IMG/VR virus record: IMGVR_UViG_3300033067_001533
DNA length: 64,000 nucleotides
Direction: 5' to 3' (one strand)
Source of the DNA: a virus
Part shown: positions 9,639 to 18,600 of the stretch, piece by piece
How the letters are laid out: each line of letters starts with the position of its first letter
Numbering within the stretch: the stretch's first letter is position 1
The notes under the pieces: model-generated
Told to the model about the DNA's origin: nothing
The model's input: only the letters and a program-made list of their open reading frames with translations
The model's database searches: none
Made by a program: the position numbers and the translations under genes

Positions 9639-10160
9639 CTAGTTTAGTTTTTTTTTTGGATGATTAATTTCTTCTGAAATCACATCTAAATCTTCAACTC
9701 TGATTGGATCTGTGTCACTCTCCGGTTTAATATAATCTACTAATGATTTAATAAATCCTAATGCTACAAGCGGTAAGATTGCTCCTGAAACTGCAGCCAA
9801 TAATCTTTTTTGAGCGATTGGTTCCCATTCTACCAGATTAAATAATTCAACCCAACCTTGATAATCTTTAATATGCACATATGCATAGTACATGTTACCC
9901 TGCATTTGCATTGCAGTAATTACAATGAATAAGGACCATACCATGGTTTTATTCATTTTGTCAAGGGTAATTAATGCTGCAAGAGATGCTGCTGCTCCTA
10001 ATTCAAATCCAATCGCAAGTGAAATAGCTAACCAATCAGGATTTGACAATTTAAAAAAGTCAATTACGTGAATAGTTGAGATAATACTCACTAATAGGTA
10101 CAAGGATACAAATGTTCCAATTATAAAAGCATTAACTGCCTTACTCTTTGATGTCTTCAT
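9639..10160 (-). CDS. membrane protein with ~4 TM helices (holin-like candidate)
   Basis: Four hydrophobic stretches; close to the endolysin. Confidence 0.3.
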   Translation of the reverse strand: MKTSKSKAVNAFIIGTFVSLYLLVSIISTIHVIDFFKLSNPDWLAISLAIGFELGAAASLAALITLDKMNKTMVWSLFIVITAMQMQGNMYYAYVHIKDYQGWVELFNLVEWEPIAQKRLLAAVSGAILPLVALGFIKSLVDYIKPESDTDPIRVEDLDVISEEINHPKKKLN

Positions 10161-10355
10161 TGTTTTCTTTATTTTTATAAAATACTCTATTAACTAAAAG
10201 ATCTGGATTGTTTAATTCTTGCTCTCGGCCTTTACAACCACAATCATTATAGCCAAGTAGTTGTGCGATTTTATCGGCAGCAACATCAGCCTTTAAGATT
10301 TTAGCAACTTTGGCAATATCACTGCCAAACCCTTCTGATCTTTTTTCAATAGCCA

Positions 10356-10643
10356 TTATTTAGATTCTAAATCTTTTATTTCTTTTTCAATTTGTGTTTG
10401 TCTTTGTACATCTAGAATTCTTCTATCAGTTGCCTGAATCATTCTTTTCTCAGCCTTTAATCCTTCAATTCTAAGATCAGTTGCTGTTGGTAAAGAATCG
10501 ATTGTAAGTTTTTCTTTACGGATTTCTTTTTTAACTATCGTTAATTCCGAATCAATTGAACAAGATTTGAACCACGTTAATAATAGAAGTACTAAGATTA
10601 ATTTAGTGCCATGTTTTTCTAGAAATAAATTTAATTTTTCCAT
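10356..10643 (-). CDS. N-terminal TM / lipobox-like + coiled-coil protein (spanin-like candidate)
   Basis: LVLLLLTWFKSC hydrophobic/Cys N-terminus followed by charged coiled-coil-like segment. Confidence 0.25.
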   Translation of the reverse strand: MEKLNLFLEKHGTKLILVLLLLTWFKSCSIDSELTIVKKEIRKEKLTIDSLPTATDLRIEGLKAEKRMIQATDRRILDVQRQTQIEKEIKDLESK

Positions 10644-10674
10644 AATTTGTTTATTTTTAATTTTTACTATATAT

Positions 10675-11745
10675 TTATCTATTGTTTATTTCATTGATTT
10701 TTTCAGGTGTTAATGCCTTTAAAAATTCAACAAATAATTTGATACAATTTTTAACGTCAGCTTTATTGGCCATTTCGCATGTAGTGTGCATATATTTTAA
10801 TGGAGTTGCCAAAATTGCAGTTGGTGTATTTTCTAAAAAGAATGCCATTGTATCGTTTCCATAAGATCCTACTGTTAGTTGAACTGGAATCTTTTTCTCT
10901 CCTGCAACCTCTCTTAACATTTTGTTAATTTTTCTATGGTTTTGTGCAGTATACTCTAAACATGGACCTTTTCCTCCAACATTATCACCATCTTTTGCCT
11001 TGTCGATTTTAGGTGTATTTGTATTGTGACAAACATCATGCACCAACGCCAAATCTGCCTTTAATTTTTTAGCAATCATTTTAGCACCATATAAACCAAC
11101 CTCTTCTTGTACTGAATTTACAACATGTAAATTATATGGTAATGCAATTCCTTCTTCTACTATTTTTCTTAAAGCCTCTGCAATAATATAACCACCGATT
11201 TTATTATCTAATGAGCGCCCTACATAATAATCTCCAATCTCTTCTAATTGAGTATCGAATGTAATTAAGTTCCCAATCTCCACGCCTGCCTCTATAACAG
11301 CTTCTTTATCTTTAAGACCCATATCAACCCATAGCTCTTGTTGTTCATATCCTCTTGATGTATATTCATCTCTAGTATGTATTGCAGGCCATCCAAAAAG
11401 TCCTCGCAATTTCTTGCCATCATGTGTATGGATAATTACAGTTTTTGAAGGTGCAATCATATTATCTGAACCGCCATGTCTTTTTACTCTGATCATTCCA
11501 TCACTTTCAATGTGTGTAATAATCCATGCAATTTCATCACAATGCGCTTCAATTACAACATTGTATTTGGAATCTTCGGTATGTACTGTTTCAAGTGTTG
11601 CAACTGCAGTTCCGTATGCATCAACAGATACCCTATGTACCAGTGGTCTTACATAATCAATCCATATTTTTTGACCTTCAGTCTCTTGTGCAACTGGCGA
11701 GTATGCATTTAAATAATTGTAGAGAAATTTACGATTTGCTTTCAT
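10675..11745 (-). CDS. M42-family metallo-aminopeptidase (FrvX/CelM-like)
   Basis: 356 aa with IEAHCDEIAW (HxDE metal site) and overall M42 layout. Confidence 0.65.
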   Translation of the reverse strand: MKANRKFLYNYLNAYSPVAQETEGQKIWIDYVRPLVHRVSVDAYGTAVATLETVHTEDSKYNVVIEAHCDEIAWIITHIESDGMIRVKRHGGSDNMIAPSKTVIIHTHDGKKLRGLFGWPAIHTRDEYTSRGYEQQELWVDMGLKDKEAVIEAGVEIGNLITFDTQLEEIGDYYVGRSLDNKIGGYIIAEALRKIVEEGIALPYNLHVVNSVQEEVGLYGAKMIAKKLKADLALVHDVCHNTNTPKIDKAKDGDNVGGKGPCLEYTAQNHRKINKMLREVAGEKKIPVQLTVGSYGNDTMAFFLENTPTAILATPLKYMHTTCEMANKADVKNCIKLFVEFLKALTPEKINEINNR

Positions 11746-11746
11746 T

Positions 11747-12400
11747 TTAAAAATTTGTTTCGTTAGTTTTATATTTGTTGTGATATTCTACGATTTTATC
11801 TCTGGCCTCTAATGCAGTATCTACTATTCTAAACAATCCTAAGTCCTTTTCGCTAATCATTCCGTTTTCAACAGCAGTATCTTTTAACCATTGGATTAAT
11901 CCACTCCAATATTCCTTACCAACGAGTACAATAGGATATTTAATGTTATGTCCACATTGTGCAAGTGTAACTGCTTCAAAAAATTCATCAAGAGTTCCAA
12001 GACCTCCTGGAAATACTACAAAGCCTTGTGAATATTTAAGGAACATTACCTTTCTTGTAAAGAAGTATCTACATTCAACCCCAAGGTCAACATACTGATT
12101 CATTCCAGCTTCGAACGGTAATTCAATACCAATTCCAATGGATTTACCACGAGACTCCTTAGCACCTTGGTTTGCAGCTTGCATAATACCTGGACCTCCT
12201 CCTGTAATTACACCAAATCCTTCTCCACTAATTAATGAACCAAATTTTCTTGCCTCTTCATACCATTTACTTCCCTCCTCTGTTCTTGCACTTCCAAATA
12301 CTGAAATACATGCATCAAGTTCGCTAAATATATCAAATCCTTTTGTAAATTCTCCCTGGATTCTTAAAATCTGCCAGGCATCTTCCGCTTTATTTATCAT
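11747..12400 (-). CDS. LOG-family protein (Rossmann-fold nucleotide-binding; cytokinin riboside 5'-monophosphate phosphoribohydrolase-like / nucleotide N-glycosidase)
   Basis: VITGGGPGIMQAANQGA and VVFPGGLGTLDEFFEA match the LOG GGGxGxM and PGGxGTxxE motifs. Confidence 0.75.
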   Translation of the reverse strand: MINKAEDAWQILRIQGEFTKGFDIFSELDACISVFGSARTEEGSKWYEEARKFGSLISGEGFGVITGGGPGIMQAANQGAKESRGKSIGIGIELPFEAGMNQYVDLGVECRYFFTRKVMFLKYSQGFVVFPGGLGTLDEFFEAVTLAQCGHNIKYPIVLVGKEYWSGLIQWLKDTAVENGMISEKDLGLFRIVDTALEARDKIVEYHNKYKTNETNF

Positions 12401-13133
12401 TATATTGTTTTAATCGTTTCATAAATTCTTTAAAATAGTGTTTCATATCATTGTATGTCATTTTAAATATCTGTGGTTTATCTTCGGTTTCAGATGCCAT
12501 CCAAATTTCGCAACCCTGTGGAACAATTCCAGTTCTCTCAAAGAATGCAACTGAATATCCTGCAACCTGTATAAAATAATCTTCAATCCACTCATCTCGT
12601 TTGGGCTTTCTACTATTTTTATAATCAATAATTAAAACTCCTCTATCATGCGTTCTTGAAGCATTATCCAATGTACCTGCATATCCACGCTTTGACCATA
12701 TAAATTTTTCAGCAGCAAGTACCTCTTCAATTCTATCAAAAAATTCATCATGATGATTCCAAAACTTCATGAAAAATTCCCATCCTGCATTTAACCAAAC
12801 ATCTCCTAATGGATCAGCATTAAACTGATTAATCTCTTCATCTGTTGATGCAATATTCTTTAACTCATGTAAACGTTCAGTTGGAGTACCCTTAAGACCT
12901 TTATACAATTCAATAAGTCGATGCATAATTGTACCTCTGTTCATTGATAGATTTGAGATTCTGTCTGCCTCTTCATGTCCAACCTTGTTTCTCCATTCAT
13001 CAAGACCTCTCTTGTCTTTGGTTTCTCCTAAGATTGTTGTCATACTTGGAAAAACTCCAACCAGTTCTCCATCAACTGTAACCTTATAATGTCTTAATCC
13101 ATTAATTTCAACACGTTCAATATGTTCGCTCAT
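12390..13133 (-). CDS. putative PD-(D/E)xK-fold nuclease
   Basis: GTLDNASR...VLIIDYK resembles the D...(D/E)xK catalytic core; weak. Confidence 0.35.
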   Translation of the reverse strand: MSEHIERVEINGLRHYKVTVDGELVGVFPSMTTILGETKDKRGLDEWRNKVGHEEADRISNLSMNRGTIMHRLIELYKGLKGTPTERLHELKNIASTDEEINQFNADPLGDVWLNAGWEFFMKFWNHHDEFFDRIEEVLAAEKFIWSKRGYAGTLDNASRTHDRGVLIIDYKNSRKPKRDEWIEDYFIQVAGYSVAFFERTGIVPQGCEIWMASETEDKPQIFKMTYNDMKHYFKEFMKRLKQYNDK

Positions 13134-13555
13134 ATAAAGGATTCAATTATCCATTTAAACATAAATACTGATAGAGTGATAATACCAGCAAATGTAATAT
13201 TTCTTAAAAATGAAATTAAATTAAAATAATCGTTCTCAGGATAGAGAACAACCAAGAATTGGTCTGTATTTGGAATTTTACTTATTTCAGGATATGATAG
13301 ATCTGAGAGACCATATTTCATTAAGACCTCATTTATAGGTCCAAGTTCCTGAAAAACAATAGATTGTTGTATCATTTCGGGTTGAGTTCTAAACTCTTCT
13401 TTGATTGAAAGAACCCCATAGATTCTGCCAATCCAATCAACTCTTAAATTTGCAGCATTAAGTTCAGGTTCAATACTTTTTACTGCTTTGTAGTATTTTC
13501 TTGTAATCCACGCCTCTTTAATAAATCGAGGCCAAAATAGTAATATATCTTTCAT
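13130..13555 (-). CDS. hypothetical protein with C-terminal TM
   Basis: ORF track. Confidence 0.4.
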   Translation of the reverse strand: MKDILLFWPRFIKEAWITRKYYKAVKSIEPELNAANLRVDWIGRIYGVLSIKEEFRTQPEMIQQSIVFQELGPINEVLMKYGLSDLSYPEISKIPNTDQFLVVLYPENDYFNLISFLRNITFAGIITLSVFMFKWIIESFI

Positions 13556-13607
13556 GTTAACGTAATTTAGTATTTATATTAAAAGTAGAGAGTTTGTTTC
13601 ATAAAAA

Positions 13608-13636
13608 ATGGGACCGAAGTCCCATTAGTGTGTTGA
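13608..13636 (-). terminator. rho-independent terminator ending the tRNA cluster 1 transcript
   Basis: Minus strand GGGAC-TTCG-GTCCC followed by ATTTTTTAT. Confidence 0.55.
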
Positions 13637-13791
13637 TTAGAAGGTCACCGATATCACCTTCAGTGGTAACTTTATATACCTGTAATAGTATAAAGGTTTC
13701 GAGTTGTTTTACGTCTCGTTCTGAAAGACATGACTACTAAGTAATCCCGCACGATGTTACTTTGCCTTGAACGCGATTCGGTTTTAAGAAG

Positions 13792-13863
13792 CGGTCTATG
13801 AGAGAATCGAACTCTCATCTCTACCGTGACAGGGTAGCATCCTAGCCGTTGAACGAATAGACC
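13792..13863 (-). tRNA. tRNA-Asp (GTC)
   Basis: Hand-folded cloverleaf: acceptor GGTCTAT/ATAGACC, anticodon stem CTACC/GGTAG with loop CTGTCAC, T arm GAGAG-TTCGATT-CTCTC. Confidence 0.75.
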
Positions 13864-13867
13864 ATGG

Positions 13868-13952
13868 CGGAAGATGTAGGATTCGAACCTACGGTACCTT
13901 GCAGTACAACAGTTTTCAAGACTGCCGCGATCGACCACTCTGCCAATCTTCC
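13868..13952 (-). tRNA. tRNA-Ser (TGA), type II
   Basis: Acceptor GGAAGAT/ATCTTCC, anticodon loop CTTGAAA, long variable arm, T arm GTAGG-TTCGAAT-CCTAC. Confidence 0.7.
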
Positions 13953-13960
13953 ATTTATAG

Positions 13961-14040
13961 TACCCAGGGCGGGACTTGAACCCGCAAGCTTTCGCACACG
14001 AGTTTAAGTCGTGCATGTTTACCAGTTTCATCACCTGGGT
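13961..14040 (-). tRNA. tRNA-Leu (TAA), type II
   Basis: Acceptor ACCCAGG/CCTGGGT, anticodon stem CACGA/TCGTG loop CTTAAAC, long variable arm, T arm GCGGG-TTCAAGT-CCCGC. Confidence 0.7.
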
Positions 14041-14121
14041 GGTTTAATATTTACAGGATAACTTTGTTTGAGTTTGCAGATCAATTTTGTTAATTTGCTG
14101 AACGTATCCTTTAAAATATCG

Positions 14122-14193
14122 TGGAGGATAGGAGATTCGAACTCCTGTCTCCGCCGTGCAAGGGCGGTGCTAAGCCATCTCAGCTAATCCCCC
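14122..14193 (-). tRNA. tRNA-Ala (TGC) with G3:U70
   Basis: Acceptor GGGGGAT/ATCCTCC (G3-U70 identity pair), anticodon stem CCGCC/GGCGG loop CTTGCAC, T arm AGGAG-TTCGAAT-CTCCT. Confidence 0.75.
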
Positions 14194-14254
14194 AATAACA
14201 GGTTCCATTTTCCTTTGACTAGTGTGTCTACCAATTTCACCACTCTCCAACAAG

Positions 14255-14345
14255 TTGGGAGGTAGGACTCGAACCTACACGTCTTTCGACACCAGTTTCT
14301 CTTATAGAATTTTAATTGCTGTAAGGAACCTTTAACGATTTAATA
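14255..14345 (-). tRNA. tRNA-like element (canonical T arm GTAGG-TTCGAGT-CCTAC, but no standard 5' acceptor/D arm found); possible pseudogene or atypical tRNA
   Basis: T arm plus 3' CTCCCAAC; upstream part could not be folded into a cloverleaf. Confidence 0.3.
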
Positions 14346-14577
14346 TGTATAAGAACATTGATAGTATATATCATTTAAAATTTTGCGATATGAGAAACTA
14401 GCCTATTCCATTTAAAACTCATATCACTTCGGAATCCAACCGCTCTAATCTCAAGTTCAGCTTTAGAACTACTGCTTATCGTTATTGACTAGTGACCTTT
14501 ATCTATATATTTGTCCACCACTTTAGCGCCAGAGTGAATAAGTCGTTAACGCCTACTCGAACAGTTTTTTAAATCAA

Positions 14578-14754
14578 TTAGGCTTTTTTAGCCTCAGATA
14601 CTTTAACTCTTACGTCTTGCGCTAAGTTTTTAATAGTTTGCATTGCCTTACGAACACGAGTTCCAGCTGCACCATTTCCTTTTTCTTCAAATTTAGCTGC
14701 ATCTTCTCTAACTGAATCTACTGCCGCTGCGATTTGGTTTAATAAATCTTCCAT
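14578..14754 (-). CDS. histone H1-like (Hc1-type) small DNA-binding protein, 58 aa (below ORF-track cutoff)
   Basis: Hand translation MEDLLNQIAAAVDSVREDAAKFEEKGNGAAGTRVRKAMQTIKNLAQDVRVKVSEAKKA; KGN-AA--RVRK core resembles Hc1/Bacteroidota histone H1 N-terminal domain. Confidence 0.5.
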   Translation of the reverse strand: MEDLLNQIAAAVDSVREDAAKFEEKGNGAAGTRVRKAMQTIKNLAQDVRVKVSEAKKA

Positions 14755-14832
14755 TGTTTTTGTTTTAAATTAGTATTATTATGATTATTATATAGGTGAA
14801 ACTTGTATTGTTTCAATTATTTTTTAGTATTT

Positions 14833-15078
14833 TTATGATGTTTTCCAAACATGTTTTGTTTTTGTACCATCGACATATGTTGCTATGATTTTTTCATCTT
14901 TGTTTTCGGCATATGCCTTGATAGTTCTAATGTAGGCCGTTGGGTTTTTTACATCAGTATACACCTTAACTCTATTTTCGTAATGAACTTCAACTGTACT
15001 GCCGCCTTCAGTTAGTGACAATTCATTGGTTCTATATTCTCTACCAACTATGAATTTATTATTGCTTTCCATTTTCAA
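14833..15078 (-). CDS. hypothetical protein
   Basis: ORF track. Confidence 0.4.
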   Translation of the reverse strand: MKMESNNKFIVGREYRTNELSLTEGGSTVEVHYENRVKVYTDVKNPTAYIRTIKAYAENKDEKIIATYVDGTKTKHVWKTS

Positions 15079-15301
15079 TTACTTTTTTAATTCTATTAAA
15101 TAATTTTTCAAGGTCTTCAATTCCATTTATAGACCATTTGTCGGTTTTAAGAATAAAGAAACAATCATTATCTCGATCAATACCTAATGAACTTTTTGCT
15201 TCTATTTCCAAGAATTCATATTCATCTTGATCTGATAAACAATTTGCATCTTGTGAAAATCTAAAGGTTGCTTCCTCTAATAATGTACCTTGCTCTTCCA
15301 T
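15059..15301 (-). CDS. hypothetical acidic protein
   Basis: ORF track. Confidence 0.4.
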   Translation of the reverse strand: MEEQGTLLEEATFRFSQDANCLSDQDEYEFLEIEAKSSLGIDRDNDCFFILKTDKWSINGIEDLEKLFNRIKKVIENGKQ

Positions 15302-15308
15302 AATTATT

Positions 15309-15911
15309 CTATTTAAATTGATCTTTTTGTTTCAATATATGGTGTAATGGTATTAAATTATTTTCAGATTCAAATCGTTCTGGATGCCATTGCACTGCCC
15401 AAATATTTAATTTACTATCTTCAATTCCTTCTGGTATATTTCCACCATCAACCGATCTGTATGTGACTTTAAAATTCTTTGCAACCTTGTGACAATATTG
15501 ATGATGTCTACTATTAACCATAAATGTATTGCCAAATTCATCCTGTACCCTATGATATTGTGATACTCTTTCTCCATGGTCATCGTCATCCTCAAATGAA
15601 TCCAATCTATGTGATTCTGTGATAGTGTTATTTAAACTTTTAACAATACCACCAAAATAAACATTTAAGATTTGCATACCCCGACAGATACCAATAATTG
15701 GTTGGCCATTTTCAATAGCGCTTCGTATCCAACTAAATTCTTGCATGTCTCTCTTTCGATTAATACCAACATCTGCACCACCACATAGAAGTAATGGTTG
15801 ATTTATTACCTTGATGTTTGGATTTAATAGAGTGTGACTGATATCATATCTATTTAGCCACTGTATGTATTGTTCTAATTCAATAGAACCCTTTGGAGGC
15901 GCTATAAACAT
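15309..15911 (-). CDS. class I glutamine amidotransferase-like / C26 gamma-glutamyl hydrolase-like protein
   Basis: IIGICRGMQILNV (nucleophile Cys in G-x-C-x-G-x-Q) and WAVQWHPE (His/Glu of triad). Confidence 0.65.
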   Translation of the reverse strand: MFIAPPKGSIELEQYIQWLNRYDISHTLLNPNIKVINQPLLLCGGADVGINRKRDMQEFSWIRSAIENGQPIIGICRGMQILNVYFGGIVKSLNNTITESHRLDSFEDDDDHGERVSQYHRVQDEFGNTFMVNSRHHQYCHKVAKNFKVTYRSVDGGNIPEGIEDSKLNIWAVQWHPERFESENNLIPLHHILKQKDQFK

Positions 15912-16123
15912 TATTTTTTCTTTTTATCCTGTCCTGGCTCTTCTAATATTCTTAAATAAGACTCTTTATCGCTGATACAATCTTCACAATATGGTGCATA
16001 ATATTCATCGTGATTTGTTGCAACTCCTCTGTGCATTTTTCTTACAACAGTATACATTTCCTTAGTGACAAATTCATCTAAACAATTTGTGCATACGGTG
16101 GTTCTTACTACTCTCTTTGCCAT
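15911..16123 (-). CDS. small zinc-ribbon protein
   Basis: CTNC ... CEDC pairs. Confidence 0.4.
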   Translation of the reverse strand: MAKRVVRTTVCTNCLDEFVTKEMYTVVRKMHRGVATNHDEYYAPYCEDCISDKESYLRILEEPGQDKKKK

Positions 16124-16128
16124 CTTAA

Positions 16129-16371
16129 TTATTTTGTATAATTTCTATCTAATAAATCATGCCATGTTAAAACTCCAACCAGATGTGGAAGTGAACTTGA
16201 ATCAGTATGCATTTCCCAATCTCCATCAAAGTTTGTGAATTGTATTTGATAAAAGTTTTCATGAATAGTTACTATACACTTTTCATTTGCCCATTTATTG
16301 ATACCTACGTTTTTAAATGAGTTTCTTTCTAAGAAAGAATCTACATAAGGATTAATAATCTCTTCTGCCAT
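16129..16371 (-). CDS. hypothetical protein
   Basis: ORF track. Confidence 0.4.
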   Translation of the reverse strand: MAEEIINPYVDSFLERNSFKNVGINKWANEKCIVTIHENFYQIQFTNFDGDWEMHTDSSSLPHLVGVLTWHDLLDRNYTK

Positions 16372-17266
16372 CGTAAACTGCTTTTACTGTTGGAAATCTT
16401 AATGAAACGGTTCCTTTATCGTTTTGTGTTTCTTCAAAGTACTGTACAACTATTTCCTTTCCAAGAATTTTCTCAGGATGTTCAAAATAATATCTCTTTT
16501 GCTCGTGTGAAAATCCACTACCAACTTGCACTCTATTACCTTTATGTTCTATTACAACATTTCGCATCATCATCTCTTCCACCTCTACACCATCAACAAT
16601 AACTCGATTGATTGCATTTTCAATGTCAACTACAATATATTCTGCGTCGTAAAATTGTTTTACCTTTAAAACATCATTACTACGCTTTCCTTGGTATGGA
16701 GCATCTTTACGCAACATAAGTCCTTCCCATCCGTTTTGTTTTGCTTCAGTAATTTTAACCATTAACATTCTTTCGTCAAGCAGAATTGTTTGTTCTAAAT
16801 AACCAATGTTCTTGAATTCTTTTTCATAGAATAAATTGTCTAATTGAACATTTCTATGTGAAAATGGTCTGGTTCCTTCTTTATTGATAAATTCTTCAAT
16901 TGTTAAAATATCAAACATATAAAAGAAAGGATTTTTAATCGTATGGTCTTTGCGCTTGATTTCTTTAATGATACCTTGGAAATTCTCATTTCCATTCTCA
17001 TCCATCATACAAATTTCGCCATCAATAACCATATTCTTTAGTCCTAATGAAATAATTTCAGCATCTAAATTCTTTAGGGTCATGAATTCATTTCCAGCAC
17101 GTGAAAAATATTTAGGTTCTCCATTCTCATCAATGATACAAATACAGCGACAATTATGTACCAATATATTATTCGCAAAGAAATTTTCATTATCTTCTAT
17201 TTGAAGGTCATATTTATCATAACCTTTATTTAATTTTTTAATTGATTTAATTCTAATATTTTCCAT
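16352..17266 (-). CDS. C-terminal split-intein fragment (IntC, ~38 aa) fused to C-terminal ~266 aa of ATP-dependent DNA ligase (adenylation motifs III-V + OB domain)
   Basis: Starts MENIRIKSIKKLNKGYDKYDLQIEDNENFFANNILVHN|CRC, resembling DnaE-type IntC (…VYDIGVERDHNFALKNGFIASN|C); downstream VIDGEI, FYMFDIL, EGLMLRK, LKVK, LRFPTVK ligase motifs. Confidence 0.75.
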   Translation of the reverse strand: MENIRIKSIKKLNKGYDKYDLQIEDNENFFANNILVHNCRCICIIDENGEPKYFSRAGNEFMTLKNLDAEIISLGLKNMVIDGEICMMDENGNENFQGIIKEIKRKDHTIKNPFFYMFDILTIEEFINKEGTRPFSHRNVQLDNLFYEKEFKNIGYLEQTILLDERMLMVKITEAKQNGWEGLMLRKDAPYQGKRSNDVLKVKQFYDAEYIVVDIENAINRVIVDGVEVEEMMMRNVVIEHKGNRVQVGSGFSHEQKRYYFEHPEKILGKEIVVQYFEETQNDKGTVSLRFPTVKAVYDGRRDY

Positions 17267-18600
17267 AATTTTTCACTATTTAGTTCTTTAATATCCGATT
17301 CCCATAGAACAATAACCTTAAATCCAAATGACTCTATTTGATTATTTCTTTTTTTATCATATTCCCAAATCTCTTTAACCATGATTGCTCCTCCCCATTT
17401 GTGAATAATATCATTTTCTTTATACTTTAAGGGATTTCCATGCCAATAATCTCCATTAATTTCAATTACAACGTTTAAACTTGGAATAATAATATCGGGT
17501 CTAGGATTATATCCATCGACTGTAAAATCATATGTGTTATCTTCAGATGTAAAATCAATACTTAATTCGTTTAATAACGATTCTACTATAATATGAGGTT
17601 TAGATTTTCTTCCTGAGTTAGTATATCTGCCAGGAATACTAACCGCATTTAAAACTCCATATTTTTCAAATATCGTATTAGTTATTTTATCTTTAATTTC
17701 TTTAGATTGAAATACATTACTAACTCCATATTTTTCAATTATAGTGTTATTCCTCTCATGAAATTTATAACTATTTTTGCCTAAAACATTAATATCTCCA
17801 TATTTTTCTAAGCATGTTTCTTTGTATAATGTTCTACACGAATCCATTTTTGAGGCATCTTGTATATTTCTAGTTTCATATCCAAATTCCTTTAGTAAAT
17901 GAATTATATAACCTGCACCTACTCCAGGATAATTAAGCGTTTTTGAAATCTGATATGCCGATAACCCATTAATAAAATACATTTTATACAAATATTCTTT
18001 AGTTATCAAATCTTTATATGATTTAATATAATCTAAAGAAATTTTACATTTTGCAGCATGTCCTTTTAATTGAGGTTTTCTTTCAAATTTTTTACCACAA
18101 ATACACGTAAATTCAAAATTTGAAACATTAATTTCTTTTTTTTGATAAAATTTACATTTATTATGATGTAATCCTTTTCCTATTTTACTACTAAAAGATC
18201 TATCACATCCAATTCCTTCGCACTTATACATAACTAACTTATTTTTATTTAAGTTATATATCTTTAGTCTTCGAGTAAAAAACTAGATGGTAATTAATAA
18301 TTTTTCATCTCCATTTAATTCGTCAGTTCTTCTCCAACATCTTAATTCAGGTAGCCATACTCTATGATTTCCAGTCAATTTTATTTTTTTACCATTTTCT
18401 AATTCAATTTCAAACCATTCTGAATTATTTTCATTAATATCATCTAAATTAACCATCCAATTTTTAATGGTTTTAAATTCTATTTTATTAGAATTAATGT
18501 TGTATGATTTAATTTTGCCTTCAACTTTATTATCTACCACTTCCTTTATAGATATCTTTGTACCATCTTCAAATTCTATAATAGTATCTGCATGTAAACA
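17153..18600 (-). mobile_element. split intein (IntN + free-standing HE gene + IntC) inserted after motif I of the DNA ligase gene ('fractured gene' arrangement)
   Basis: Boundaries computed from ORF-track coordinates: Cys1 of IntN is residue 165 of ORF 18283..19092; HN|C junction is residue 38/39 of ORF 16352..17266. Confidence 0.65.
17230..18231 (-). CDS. free-standing homing endonuclease between the split-intein halves: N-terminal C2H2-like zinc fingers + C-terminal Vsr/DUF559-like PD-(D/E)xK nuclease domain
   Basis: CDRSF..HHNKC and CICGKKF..GHAAKC fingers; VVIEINGDYWHGNP resembles Vsr FV(D/H)GCFWH core; position between IntN and IntC ORFs. Confidence 0.55.
   Translation of the reverse strand: MYKCEGIGCDRSFSSKIGKGLHHNKCKFYQKKEINVSNFEFTCICGKKFERKPQLKGHAAKCKISLDYIKSYKDLITKEYLYKMYFINGLSAYQISKTLNYPGVGAGYIIHLLKEFGYETRNIQDASKMDSCRTLYKETCLEKYGDINVLGKNSYKFHERNNTIIEKYGVSNVFQSKEIKDKITNTIFEKYGVLNAVSIPGRYTNSGRKSKPHIIVESLLNELSIDFTSEDNTYDFTVDGYNPRPDIIIPSLNVVIEINGDYWHGNPLKYKENDIIHKWGGAIMVKEIWEYDKKRNNQIESFGFKVIVLWESDIKELNSEKLWKILELNQLKN

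Noticed and set aside
13672-14034. 120-aa ORF overlapping tRNA-Asp/Ser/Leu
   Set aside because: It is entirely covered by three well-folded tRNA genes, so it is a spurious ORF.
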